Below are positions 12,506 to 25,223 of a DNA stretch of 64,000 nucleotides, piece after piece. The notes below the pieces were generated by a model that saw only the letters and a list, made by a program, of their open reading frames with translations, did not search any database and was not told the origin of the DNA. Origin of the DNA: Moniliella sp. 'wahieum' (lineage: Eukaryota); NCBI GenBank assembly GCA_003971905.1, contig RSEE01000010.1, positions 620,001-684,000 of the forward strand. The letters run 5' to 3'. The first letter of the stretch is position 1, and each line of letters begins with the position of its first letter. A program made the position numbers and the translations under genes.

Positions 12506-13360
12506 ATGCTGCTGCCAACGACAACACGCGCCGCTGTGCGCGCGGCAACGGTGTACCGTGCGTGCCGTCCGGAGTACGGCATATCAGCATCAAACACATC
12601 CAGGGCGTCCTGCCCCCCAAAGCACGGCCGCCGCATCAGCCCCAAACAAATCAGACGCCGCGCAAGTCGTGGCGGCACGAAAAGGTGCCGCGGCACATGT
12701 CTGAGCCCATCGCATTTGAGGACCTGGTGGCCGAGGAGATTGTGGATGCCCCCGCTGGCACGGGCAAGGCCCAGAGTGCGGCCAATGCGCGGCCGAAAAA
12801 GGAGTTGCCCTATGGCGTCCACCGTTCCCGTCAGTTGGACCTCCACCCTGCTACCCAGCGGTCGCGCGAGCTTCCGGTGTACGTCAAGTACCAGAAGATT
12901 CGGTCGCGTGTTCAGACGGAGATCAAGCACATATGGGGCGATGTCGAGGTACGTTGGGTTCTCTCTGCTGGCCCACTGGGTACCTCCCTCCTAACTTGAA
13001 TTCACTTTGTCTCGTGCGTGTCCTGGCAGGCCATGGAACGTGACCTGAGGGCCACTCTGCCCAGTTTGAAGGAAGAAATTGCCGCAGGTCCAACCCCGGG
13101 TCAACTGTTGCGCGCCAAGCATTTGGCATCCCCGTGCCGCCCCTGACGACGGCTGTGTACGGCTACCTGGGTCTGGGATTGCAAAAACCGCGGCAATGCT
13201 GGCAAAAAAGCATATGGGAGCAAGCCACAGCTGGATGTGCCCAAATGGATTGCGAGCCAAGTGCACCCCGATGTGCTCAAGGAGCGCTCGGGCCGCATCT
13301 TGATTCGGGGCAACCGGGTGGGCGAAGTTAAGCGCTGGCTCCGCAAACGCGGGTTTAGCT
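12506..13360 (+). CDS. IMG2: Mitochondrial ribosomal protein mL49 (Img2)
   Basis: LPYGVHRS...LPVYVKYQ...VQTEIKHIWGDVE, intron 12949-13030, then AMERDL and C-terminal GRILIRGNRVGEVKRWLRKRGF. Arg-rich presequence-like N-terminus. Confidence 0.85.
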
Positions 13361-13610
13361 GTCTCTCTCTACTGCATCCTTCTCCCCCGAGCTTGCTTTC
13401 CCAGTCGGACGCGATATAGTCGTCGGCCATGATTTATATGGACACTGTATGGGTATGCATCGGTGACTTGTGGTCATGAGCGTGAGCGAGGGACATGGGT
13501 GGGTGGGAGCACAGGTTAACAACAATGCGCATGGGCAACAGGATAAACATTAGGACAGCAGAAAGAAACTACGACATTCACATGGAGCACTAGGCCCGCA
13601 AGCAGGCAAT

Positions 13611-15442
13611 TCAAGCCAAAGTAGCAGCGGAGCGAACTCGACCCACCTGCTTACTGTGGGGATTCCTGTCCCGGCAGGACGGGACAGAGGAGATGACGGA
13701 GTGAGGGCTAGACGTGGCCTCCCGGGTGGGAGGACCCGTGGCATGGGCATGCGCCCACGCTCGTTCTTGCGCATCGGACCGGTTGGCTTCGGCCACCCGG
13801 GCACGGATGGCGCGCGCAAGGAAGAACGTTTGCTGTCGCCGTGCCTGCGCACCTTGTTCTGCCCCCCGAGCGAAGCAATGGCGGGGATTGTGTCCCACGC
13901 GTTGGTATACTTCATCTTGCTGGGTATTCCCGAGGATTGCGGAGGCGCAGGTACCGATGGCGCAGTGGGGGCAAGATGGGTTAGTTTCGGTTTCGGTTTC
14001 GGATCCAGGTTCGGCGAAGAAGCGATCTTCCGGGAAAAATCGGGTTGCCTTGGGTGGCTGAGCCATCTCCTACCGACGGTGGGGCACTTGCCCCTTATGC
14101 TGGGGGGGCTCCTTGTCGTCCGGAGGAGGAAGATAGGCCCCCCATTGGTCACCTTGAGTGGCGGCTAGGTGTTCCAGCATGTTCAATTGACGTAGACGGT
14201 GTTGAATTTCCAATTCGGCCCGGTGCCGTGCTTGCGCCTCGGCTGGTCTCGGTCGCGCTTAAGTTATCCCAAGCATTATGGAGCTTGTGCTGGGCCAAGT
14301 CGGGCGGTGCTTGGACCCCGCGAGAAGGTGGGGAGTGGGTCGGAGCATGCCACGCTACTGTGGGGGCTTCAAAAGAAGGTTTGGGTCTCGCCGCCAAGGG
14401 AGGCGCCTCCGGCTGGGTAACGCTTTGGCAAGAGCGTCTTTTGCCCGGGAGAGGAAGAGAAAGGTAATTGTTCAGCACAGCCTTGTCTGTTTGCTCTTCT
14501 ACGCTCCATGGGGCTGGGGCAGAGATGAAGCTTGACCCAAGGCCAATGGATCAGGGTCGGGACGTGCAGCAACGTAAGTCTGCCACCAGGTGTAAGAGCG
14601 TGGAAAAGTCGCTTGCCAGCGGGGCCGAAGTGGGGAGGGACGGCTTGCTTCCCTGTGCGGCCGGATGGGAGGCAGATCAAACCAGGGTTTGTGAGCCGAT
14701 AAAATGAACCGCATATACCTCCTGACTGAATCGATTCCAGGCAGGCGAATACGTATAGCCGGAGGTGGGGGTCACATTGTAAAGGAAACTCAGTCGTTCC
14801 CATTTGCCCTCGGCCTCGAAAAATCGTTGAGCAATCCTTGGTCGGCACCGTCCCACGAAGGGTGGCTGAACGCATACGCCGCGATAGCTGCAAATGTCTT
14901 CTCCGACGGTTGCAATACCATCAGGCCCGAGTTGAACGAATCAGGCCAGCCAGCATCAGGCGCAGGGCAACGGTAGTCGGGGCCAAAGGCAGGGAAAGGA
15001 GATGGTCAGGGAACGAAGCGGTAAGATATCGGCATCAATGTAAACGATTTGCTTGTACATGGTCAAGCGCCAGGCATGGACTTTGGTCATGGGTGCGCCT
15101 GCGTCACCGAGGTCAGGCCGATCAAGGGCGGCGAGGTTGCGCGCCTCTTCGGCTGCCAAGTGCGTTGCACGGCTGGAATGGGTGACGCCAGGGCCGACAG
15201 GGAACGCAAGCTGAGGGGCTCGACGCCTACCACAAGGTCGAATGCCGCTCGGAGCGCGTGCTGAGTTGCGGGCTGCAGCGTTGCAGGTGTGGCGAGGACA
15301 GCAATGTCGAAGCGAGAGTGGCCACGGGAGCGAGGGCGTGGGCGAGGGCAAGAGCGCCGGCAGCATAGGCGTCGGAGGTGACGAGCGTTACAAACGCCAC
15401 GTCGGCTGTGGGGGGCGCAGCCAGCGGCGTGTCTGCGGGCAT
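13611..15442 (-). CDS. Glycogenin (glycosyltransferase family 8)
   Basis: AFVTLVTSDAYAAGALALAHAL, LAALDRPDL..TKVHAWRLTMYKQIVYIDAD, APDAGWPDSFNSG, SWDGADQGLLNDFF and C-terminal YTNAWD; multiple frameshifts. Confidence 0.9.
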
Positions 15443-15745
15443 GGTAGGGAGCGGGGAGGTGGTGGTGGGGCGGGTGGTGGCATGTGGGGGGAGTTGGCCC
15501 ATCGCTCCATCGTTATCACCTGCGTGATGGATGAGCTCGTGAGACAGGACGTGTGATGCCCGCCACAGCCGCCACTGCCCCCTGCGACCCCCCACACGGC
15601 GGGTGTGGGCCACAGGGGGGTCACGTGCGCCGTCACGTGGCTCGTGACGCGTGGGCTGTGTGGATGGGAACGACACAACAGCGCAGCCGAGCGCGCGGGA
15701 CGTCTGCTGCTGCCAACGCCTCGTCCCCTCGGCTGGCATACAAGC

Positions 15746-17335
15746 ATGCCCGCTGTGCGCTCCCCCCGTGTCGCTGCGCCCGCCCAACTCGAGCTCCAGC
15801 CCACGCTCCCCCCTCCCTCAAAAGCCAGCCCACCGCCGCCCCCAGCAGCAACGACGCCGAGGCGCTGGCGCTCGCCACCACCACCGCCCTTCACCCGCCC
15901 TCCCCCCCCCCCCCCCCCTGCCGCCCTCTGCGCCCCACTGGCCGCTCCAAGGGCCGCGCGGCCACCGAATCGCTCGTGGCCGAGACCAAGCGTGTGCTCG
16001 CGTCTCGACCCGCTTGCCTCGCAGCACCACCCGCGCCACCGCCCGCGTCGCTCGTCCTTGGCCGGCTCGGAGAGGTGGCGGATACGCTGCCGGCACCGAG
16101 CCTGGCTGCCTTCAAGGCGCAGCTGCTGGCTCGCTCTGCGCCGCCCCCCGCCGCTCTTCCTCCCTGGCGCGGCGGCGGCCAGTGCAACCGAAGACGATGC
16201 CGCGTCGGCGGCGCATGTCGACTGGCCTATGTACCGCGACTGGCCCGAGGGGCTGCTGCTGGAAGAGGAAGCGATCCACGCCTATTTTCAACGGCTCAAG
16301 TTTATCTTTTTGGAACAGGCCACCAAACTGACCTTTTTGAACGATTGCCATGAAGACCCCGACACGGGCAAAGAAGGCGTCGTGCACAATCCCGCTTCTG
16401 TTCGCGAGCTGGAAGAACGCGCGGCTCAAGCCAAGGAGAGCTCGCCCAGGCCAAGCCCAAGTGCGAAACTTACGCAAGGAGATTGATCAGCAAGTTGCCG
16501 CCCTCGCCCGACCTTGGGCTCAGCTCGAAGCCGAGGCAAGCGAAGCACGCACCCTCGTTGCCGAGTTGGCCGATATGGAGTTGGAGCTGGCCAAGATTCG
16601 CGCCACCTCGGGCCGGGCACGCCGGCGCAGTTCGGCGCCGGTCGGGCCAGTGGCATTTTCCCTCTTTCATCCGACGCATCTCAACCCAAGGAAGAAGAAG
16701 ATCCAGACGAAGAGGATGCCCTTCCTGGTACAGCAGATGTCGACGCGACCGTTCCACCTCCCGTCGGGACCTTGACCGTTGCTGAGCCGAGGCATTCTGC
16801 GAAGCCCAATTGGAGCGGATGCAAGTCCTTTCTTCCGAGACGGAGCGACTCCAGAGCCAGACCAAGGAGGCCGAGACCGCGCTCAAGGCGGCGCTTCGTC
16901 GGGCCGAACGTAAGGCAGCCGAGCGCAAGCAGCATGAAGCCAATCTGGAGGAAATGCGGGCCGGAGCGCGGGACTTGCGGATCGAGGAGCTGTGCACCTC
17001 CCGTACCTCCCTCCTCGCTTTGCTCCGCTCAGCCATGGGCGTGGAGGAGGTGGAGGTACCTGCGCCCAATGAACTCCACGTGACATACTCAATTCCTCAA
17101 GAGACGAGAAAAGTCAAACTTGTCCTCACTATGGACCGGGGGGAGCAGCTCTCGATCATTATTGCGTCGTCGATCCCACGGACGATTCCGATACGCCTCT
17201 CGACCCAGAGCAAGTCGCTTTGCTCGATGCTGCCTCCGAGGCCAATCAGACGGCTGCCTTGGTGCACAACCTCTGGGCGGCTTGCCTCTCGAATTCGGTC
17301 AAGGCCTAGCTAGCACTGCTAAGATTCTGTTGTGA
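15746..17335 (+). CDS. Kinetochore protein Sos7-like (Spc7/KNL1-binding, coiled-coil)
   Basis: EEEAIHAYFQRLKFIFLEQATKLTFL resembles the Sos7 LKFxY(V/L)EQxTKxxFL motif; it is followed by long coiled coils and a compact C-terminal domain. Confidence 0.7.
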
Positions 17336-17482
17336 ATGGTTACGTTCAGTTATGCTATTAAACTAAGATTGAATCCGTTGGCGTCGCTCTTGTTTGCATT
17401 AGAAAGGGACCACACGGGCAAGTGCACATGCTACTATCCAAAGGAGAATGTCAATCCATAGACATGGTTGATGGTGGCAAGA

Positions 17483-18301
17483 TCAAGTGCTCGTTTCAGT
17501 TGTTAGACGTCTCGCATCAACCTCAGCCTGTTCGCGTCGAAGCTCGTTTTGAACCGCCTTGTGTTCCTCCGAGGCCTTGGCCGACTCTTCGATTTCCTCT
17601 TGCACCAATTCGGGGTGGGTGACGGCGTGCTTGTGTTGGATCTTGCGCTCCAGCTCGTAAAAGCTCTTCATGACGGGGTCCATGATCATGTCCACCGGGT
17701 ACATCCGATCGATGGCCTGGTCCAGCTCCTGTTTCTTGCGCTGCGCAGGTGTCAAGCGCGCCGCTTCGGCCTTGGCAGCCGCTTGCTTTGCCTCTTCGTC
17801 CGCAGGGAAAAGCCCCAATCGGTCGGTGTTCCATTCGTCCCGCGTTACCGCCGGCCTCAAGGCGGCAATCTTCTTTTGGCGAGCTGGAGGCGTTCCCGAT
17901 ATCTTCCAGCGCATCCCCATACAGATCATACACACACACGGACATCCCGACATGCAGCAGTCGCCCGGGCCAGGCGGGTTGGGTGGCGTGGGCAACTTGA
18001 TGTTCCGCACCCACACCGGTGGCGCATTCGTTGCCCCCACAGCCGGGTTGTACCCGCCGCTGGAAATCTTTTCCTCCTTGTCGGCTTCGGCGGCAGGCGG
18101 TTTGGCCTCGGCGCGCAAGCGAGGCCACCGGTCAGAAAGATTGAGCCGGCGCAAGCGCAGAGCTATAGAGTTGTGTCACAACAGAACAAAACCACAAAAC
18201 AAAAAACAAAATCACATGCCCGTTAGTCATCTTTATTGCTTAAACGAGGGAGGGGACCAATGCGCACTTTGGTCCTGGGGTAAGGTGTGGAACTTGCGCA
18301 T
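17483..18301 (-). CDS. Oxidoreductase-like domain protein (OXLD1/UPF0651-like), possibly the C-terminal part of a COQ8 fusion
   Basis: IKLPTPPNPPGPGDCCMSGC-VCVYDLY motif and C-terminal MDPVMKSFYELERKI. Intron 18163-18267 (GTGCGC..CTAAC..TAG). Confidence 0.85.
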
Positions 18302-18394
18302 CTGCCCGGAACCGCAAACGTGTGGAGCCCTCGGGTTGCCGCGACCGAACCAGGCCGGGGGGCAGAGAAGCTGCGCGCTGCCTCGCCTTGTGGG

Positions 18395-20143
18395 TTAAAC
18401 TTGTAGCCCTGTCACATCGCGCCAAATGTCACCGCAGGCACTTGGGCTTCGAGCCGCGCGCAGAGCAGGAAGGCACCACTGAGCTTCCGGTTCAGCGAGT
18501 AGGTTTCCGGGGGCGGAGGGGTTTTGCGTTCCCGCAGCATGAGAGGGATGTTGCCACGGACTTTGTCGGTGATATCCTGGCCGGCAAAGTTGTAGGTTGC
18601 GCCGGCAGCGGTGCGGAAGGGGGTGCCGAGCAAGACCATCGAGTCCACGTGTGCTTCCACCATGGCTGGCGACTCTTCACCGGTAAGATAGCCAATCTTG
18701 CGAGACCAATAAGCGCACGCTTCCCGCTCGCCGCTGATGGCAGCCTGGAGCAATCGCAGCCACAAATCAATAAACCGTTGGCTGTACTCGCGCGTCGCAC
18801 CAAAGTCAATCAGGCCGACCCGCTCCTGCACCGGGTCCCAGAGAAAGTTGGCATAGTTTGGGTCCGTCTGCATCGTTCGCCATTCAAAGAGCTCGAGCAA
18901 AGCGAGACGCATAATGGCTGAAGCTAAAAGGTTGCGTTGTTCTTGGTCAAGGGGGCGGAACCTCCTGCGGCAGCAGCACGAGCCAAAGGAAGGCCAGGGA
19001 CAAACTCGGCGGTCAACACATCCTTTGTGCTCAGTCCGGGCACCACACGCGGTACCGAGAAGATTTTCCGGCTCCCTTGGGTCGGATTCGACCAGGTGGC
19101 GCACCCGCTCCCCCATTCGCGCTTCTCGCACATAGTCACACTCATCCACCAATTCTTCGGCCATCACCTTGAGCGACGATTCGAGAAACAGGCCCGGAGG
19201 CAAGAGAGACGAGGCGGTCAGGAGCCATTTGAGGTACCCCAAGTCCGAATCGATGCTTTTCCGAACGCCGGGGAATTGGACTTTGACAGCAACTTTGCGG
19301 CCACGAAGCCGAGCAGCGTCCTGCTCGGTCGCCACACCCAGTTCCTCTTTGGTCGCATGATGACTCAGCACAGCACGATGCACTTGCCCAATGCTGGCCG
19401 CCGCAAAGGGCTGGAGATCAAACTCGGCAAAACGATGTTGCCAGTCATCGCCCAGCTCACGAGTGAGCACGGCGCGAAGCTGAGCTTCAGGCATAGCGTG
19501 TGCGCTGGCCTGCACACGGGCCAGCACCTGTTCGAGCGGCCCGGGCATGTCGGGACGCACTTGGATGGAGAGAAACTGGCCCACCTTGAGCGCCGCACCC
19601 CATCGTTGACAGCCGGTCGACCAAGCGGCGCATGTTGCTTTCGCTCATCCACCGGCCCCGCCCGTGCTTCCAGACACAGCGGCGCCCATGGCGCCCCAGG
19701 CGAGGCCGGCGCCGAGAGAGCCGTAGTGGAGCAGACGGCCAAAGCGGGAGGCAGGCATGCGCGCCGTCTTGAGTGGCGTGGCACCAGCATGATCGGGAAC
19801 AGGCGTGGACGGGGCAGGCGTAGCCGCAGGCGAGGGCGACGCGGCCGCAGAGAAGCTGGTGGACGTCGCTGCTGGTGGGGGGGGTGGCGGTGGGCGGCCA
19901 GCAGCGGGGGCCGAGGGATGGGGCGGGAGCGGTGCAGATGAGGGTGGCAATGGAGCGGGAGGAGACGGAGAGGGAGGAGACGGAGGAGGAGACGGAGCCG
20001 AGGGAGCCGAGGGAGCCGAGGCGGCAGAGGGGCAGAGGGGCAGCCGAAAGAGACGACGGAGGCAGCTGGAAGCGGAGGCTGCGCTGTGCGATCTGAGCCA
20101 GCGCGCCGCCCACCACCACCGCTTCGGCTGTGCTGGGAGGCAT
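18395..20143 (-). CDS. COQ8: COQ8/ABC1 (ADCK3/4-like) atypical mitochondrial kinase
   Basis: PASRFGRLLHYGSL, LKVGQFLSIQ (KxGQ), PFAAASIGQVHRA, VAVKVQFPGV, ECDY, MQTDPNYANFL, LIDFGATREY, PPPPETYSLNRKLSGAFLLCARL. Confidence 0.95.
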
Positions 20144-20247
20144 GGCAGTCGACCAGGCAAGAGAGTGTGGAGTGTTTCCCGGTGGTGGTTTTCCCCGTCC
20201 GTTGTATTCATCAGCACCCCGAAGAAGACACCGCCCCTCCCCAGCCG

Positions 20248-20264
20248 TGACGTCAGCCCACGTG
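20248..20264. promoter_or_regulatory. TGACGTCA (ATF/CRE-like) plus CACGTG (E-box) in the about 220-bp divergent COQ8/VPS45 promoter
   Basis: Sequence gTGACGTCAgccCACGTGa. Similar CACGTG clusters occur at 15621-15640, 33311-33352 and 52089-52100 upstream of other genes. Confidence 0.4.
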
Positions 20265-20364
20265 AGCGGCCGACGCTTACGCAAGCGGGCGCAGCTCCCC
20301 TTGTGGCGCTGCCACCATGGCCGGGGATCGACCCAGCTCCCACCCCCACCCCACCACCACCACC

Positions 20365-22566
20365 ATGGACGTCGGGCGGGCGGTGCATGCCTACATCGAG
20401 CGCGTGCTCGGCGGTGGCCGGGATGAAGGTGCTGCTGCTCGACCAGCACACCACTCCCATCATCACCGTCCTCACCCAGTCCGCCCTGCTCGCCGAGCAG
20501 GTCTACCTCACCGACCGCGTCGACCACACGCGCGCGAACGCATGCCCCACCTCGCCTGCATTGCCCTCCTCCGCCCCACCCCCGCCAGCATCAGTGCGCT
20601 GGTGACCGAGTTGCGCGAGCCCAAGTATGCGTCCTACCACCTCTTCTTCACCAACGTCGTCCCCCGCGCCTCGATCGAGGCCCTGGCTGAGGCCGACATT
20701 CATGCCGTCGTGCATGACGTGCAGGAATACTTTGCCGACTATGTCCCGCTCACCCCCTCCCACTTCACCCTCGATGCCCCCGTACCCCCCCACCGCCTCT
20801 GGGCGCGCGACCCTCTCGCGCCGAGTCCACCGCCAAGCGCGCGGCCGGCCACGATTTTCTCGATGCGTGGGACCCCGACGATTTGCAGCGGCATGTCTCG
20901 GGGCTGGTCGCTGCGCTGCTAGCGTACGACGTCGCCCCGTTATCCGCTACGAGCGCATGAGTGGAATGGCACGCACGCTGGCTGCCGAGCTGCAACGCCA
21001 TGTCGGCGCGCCCACCACCGCCCCGGCCTCGGCGTCTGCCCCACCGGCTCCCGAGACAGCCAGTGCGCGCAGCCTGTTTGACACCCTTCCCATGCCCCAG
21101 GATGGTGGCACACTGCTCCTAATCCTGGACCGAAGAAACGATCCTGTTACGCCTCTTCTTACCCAATGGACGTACCAAGCGATGGTGCATGAACAACTCG
21201 GCATCCAACATGGTCGGGTCACGCTGTCCCGCGACCCAAACGGGGGCCGAGGCAACGAGGCCGCGCCGAAAGAAGTGGTTCTTTCGCCGAAGCTGATCCG
21301 TTCTTTGGGGCGCACATGTACGCTAACTTTGGGGACTTGGGTGCGCTGATCAAGCGATACGTGGAAGAATACCAATCGCGCACAGCCCACAATGCGCGCA
21401 TCGAGACTGTGGCCGATATGAAGAAGTTTATTGAGGATTACCCTCAGTTCCGCAAACTGGGCGGCAACGTTTCCAAACACGTTGCTATTCTTGCTGAGCT
21501 GTCACGGCAAGTAGAGTCGCGCCGACTACTCCAAGTGTCCGAGCTGGAGCAATCCCTCGCGTCCGTTGAGAGTCATGGGGCGGACCTGCAAGCTGTCAAA
21601 GAGATGATTGATTCGACCATCGAGCCTGAAGCCAAGCTACGGCTGGCCATCCTCTATGCTCTCCGCTACCAACGTCATGGTGGGAACCAAATCAAAGCGG
21701 TGGCCCAGCAGCTTAAAGACAATGGGCTCTCTGAGCAACAAGTCTCCGTATGTCTCCTCGCGTCTCCTCGCTGTCCCCTGCCCGTCTGGTCCTGACTGAC
21801 GTTCTCGTTCCCTAGCTGATTTGGGTTACATTGGCTATTGCCGGTGCGTCCCAGCGTCAAGATGATCTTTTCTCCAACGAGGGTCTCTTTTCCCGAGGGA
21901 AGTCGGCGCTGAAAGGGCTGAAAGGGGTGGAGAACGTGTACACCCAGCACACACCCATCTCCTCCGTACCATTGAGAGTCTCGACCGAGCCCGATTGAAG
22001 GAGATGTCCTACCCTCGTGCTGGGACCGACCCCTACACCCCCCTACCAAGGCGCATCTACCCCTAATGCCACTACCCCCGAACTGGGTACCGTTCCACGG
22101 CCTAGGGAACTGATCCTGTTTATTGTCGGCGGCTCCACCTACGAAGAAGCACGCACCGTCGCTTTACTCAATACCCACCTGGCCAGGGCGGCGTTGGCTT
22201 GGGTACCCAGCCCTCGGGATCGGGCACCAACACTCCCACCACCAGCGCCCCGGGGCCCAACCCGGTCGCATCCTCCTCGGAGGCACGTCCGTCCTCAACT
22301 CGACTGCCTTTCTGTCCCTCTTGTCCGACGCGGCCTATAGTCCTGCCCCGGCGTTCCCAGCTAGCATCCTTCGCCCGCCCCTCGGGGGCCTCCTTGGGAC
22401 CTGGGCCCACCAAGGCCCCCTCGGCGCCGCCAATGTCTTGACGGACGATCCACGCGCCCTCATCGCTCCGGACCGTCTCGTGGACGCTGCCGATGGGGCC
22501 AAGAACATTGCCCGAGGGTTGTTTGAAAATCTGCGCAAAGGCGTCGAAGGCTTCTCTCAACTATGA
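20365..22566 (+). CDS. VPS45: Sec1/Munc18-family vacuolar sorting protein Vps45
   Basis: [94 protein letters not shown]. Intron about 21748-21815. Confidence 0.95.
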
Positions 22567-23160
22567 GCATACGTCTCAGTGGGAACGAAGAGCTTCTCAC
22601 CTCTTCCTCCTCCGTCATTGCCTGGCTTGACCCTCCAATCCATCCTCGTGCTCATCGGTCGTTGGATCGCTTCTCCCTGCCTGGATGCGGGCGCTCCGTA
22701 GACGCTGGTATGTAGCGGTGAATGAGGCCTACTGGTAGCGTGCAGCACCACCCAAATTCCCCGCAAGGCGTATCCGCAACGTGAGAGGACACCGATGTTA
22801 CACGTGATAATTGGCAGATGTCGATGACCGCAAGTGGAGGCTACTAGCCCACAGGCCGCCTCGTTGAACTGTTCAAACGCGGAGTGGCAGTATGTCAGCA
22901 TGAGTGCTGAGAGACACCCTCGGCGCTCCGCTCCGCCCGCGCGCCTGCGCCGTCCACACTGCCCCTGGGCGGCCACCCCCCTTTGCCCCACACGACTGCC
23001 CGTGCGCCTGCTGCGCTGCCGCCTTCACGCCGGCGCCACGGACGGGCCCTGTGGCTGCCCGTCTTTCCTCTGCCTCCAACGCCGCCTGCCTCGACTTGCT
23101 CATCTCTCTTACCTCCACCTCTCCATCACTCTTACGACCACACACGCAACGCCCTTCACG

Positions 23161-23875
23161 ATGGCCTCCTTTATCGACAAGCTTCCTCCCCAGGTCCAAG
23201 GACTCAAGAACGTCAACGTCCCTGCTCCCGTCAAGGCGGCGCACACCAAAGTACAGTACCATGTGGACTTGATCGACAAGGAGGTAAGCACATCTTTCCC
23301 TCTCCACCCCTTCCGGATACATGTTCTGTTGCATCCACTAATGGCTCACTGCCTGCATTTCAGCTCGAGAAATACCCTGTGCTTGTCAACCTGAAAAGAC
23401 GGTGAAGGTGAACAAGGCCTGGGGCACTATCGGCCTCTTCTGTCTGGTCACCACGGCCATCTTCTTCAACCTGGCCGCTAGCTTCCTTACCAACATCCTG
23501 GGCTTTGGACTGCCCGCCTACCTCTCCCTTGCTTCCCTTCAGACATTGGATACGAAGGATGACCAGCAGTGGTACGTAATCTCTCCGTACCCTTTGATTG
23601 CGCGTCATGCTATTCGCAGAGATGAATACAAGCTTACCATCCCAACCTCTCATTTTCTCTCGTCACAGGCTGACCTACTGGGTCGTGTTTGGCTGTCTTT
23701 CCCTTATCGAGTCGTTTTCCAACGTCGTTGTCTACTACTTCCCCTTCTACTTCACGTTCAAGGCGATTGTCTTGGTGTGGTTGATGCTGCCCCAGACCAA
23801 GGCGCTAAGCTGGTTTACGTCAAAGTCCTTCGCCCGGTGTTCTTTAAGGAGAAGCCTGCTGCTGCCAAGGAATAA
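23161..23875 (+). CDS. YOP1: YOP1/REEP (TB2/DP1/HVA22) ER-shaping protein
   Basis: FLTNILGFGLPAYLSLASLQT..TKDDQQW|LTYWVVFG.LSLIESF..FPFYFTFK..VWLMLPQT. Introns 23284-23363 and 23573-23668. Confidence 0.93.
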
Positions 23876-24419
23876 ACCCGTTCAACTGGAAACAAAAACC
23901 ATGTTGTTCATCTCCGCTGATCCGGTCCTAACCTTGATACCTTCTCAGCTGTATACGCACAGTGGGCATCACGGTCTCCAGCTATCACTGTGATATGGAT
24001 ACCTACAACCGCGAATGTCCGTGCTGGGTACCCCCACGATGACCAAATTACCGGTCCTCCGCGTATCCCCACATTTTCCTTTGCCTTCTCCTTTCACCAT
24101 CAGCTCACCCCTCTTGAAAAAGGCCGGCGATGTTACGGCCCAATCCTCTCTGTCCACTTCTGATTCCCCCTTGCGCGTTCTTGATTCTTCTGTCCCCTCC
24201 TCCCCCCCCTCTGATCCCTGAATGACGCAGTTTGCCTGCGTGGGTACCTGATGGTATCCCCGTACAGTGCAGATAGCATTTTTCATGCTTTGATATGATG
24301 GGCATCCCCCTTTTCTCTTTCCCCGCGTAACTATAGGGTATTAGCCAGTGACAGCGTGCCATGAGAAGCGGCAAAAGCTCTTCGAGTTCGAATGGAGTCT
24401 ACTGGGCGACGAAGAGGTC

Positions 24420-24990
24420 TGGTTCTCTTTATGCGATCTGGCCAGTCGGATCTCAGTGCTACTCACCTGGTCAGAGGTCTCTATATGCTAGAGACGGACA
24501 TCATGATGGCCCGACATGTATGGGTGGTAGGATATACCATTCATTGGTCCAGGGGTGCAAAAGACAATTATATCGTAGCCTCGTCTGCCATGTGGGCCAA
24601 GCTGGCTATACTGCAATGGAGAAAAGAACGGAGCAAGTGGGTCTTCCTGTGCCGGACGCCCTCTTCCGACAGGGCACCCTTCTTGTTCCCATCTGGAGCA
24701 ACCCAAAGCACTGGGCAGGGTACCATCGATCCAGCAGCCCAAAGAAAAAAAATGTGAGGCGCAGCGGTGAAGCGCGGTGGCGAGGGGGCGAAAGGGCGGC
24801 GGCGCCCAGTGTTGAAAGCGTTGGTGAAATCTAGCACAGCAACATGTTGAACTCGCCTATAGCTCCGAGGCTGCACCATTGCTCCACACCATTATAGGCG
24901 ATGCATCCCCCACTGCATAACAGTTGCCTTTGTAAACCCATTCAGGACTACATCACGGTTGCAGTAACGCCTATGCTCATAGGACCACGT
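24420..24990 (+). pseudogene. Possible degenerate Ulp1/SENP (peptidase C48)-like fragment
   Basis: Across shifted frames it reads YIVASSAMWAKL-GYTAMEKRT..LFRQGTLLVPIWSNPKHW..TID, resembling the C48 pattern F/Y..KL..GY..V.RWT..LF..L.PI...HW..ID. The catalytic Cys region is not clearly intact. Confidence 0.3.
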
Positions 24991-25177
24991 TGAACTGATA
25001 GCCTCTCATATCTGCTGAGCTGCAATGCTCATCTGCTCACGGCTCCTCGCTACTCTCATACGGCGAAGGTGGGATAGGGGAGTGGTAGAAGCCAGCATCC
25101 AGGTCTGTTCGGCGCGAGCAATCTATTTCGCGTAAGTACCCCAAAGAATTTATGAAATTGAAAATTGGTGGGCGAGA

Positions 25178-25223
25178 TAACCCTATCATAAATGCTGCGG
25201 CACATATTTCACTGCAAACCCTA
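25178..25223 (+). promoter_or_regulatory. Two telo-box-like motifs (TAACCCTA, AAACCCTA) upstream of RPL34
   Basis: TAACCCTA 25178-25185 and AAACCCTA 25216-25223, just before the 5'UTR exon and intron of the ribosomal protein gene. Confidence 0.45.
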
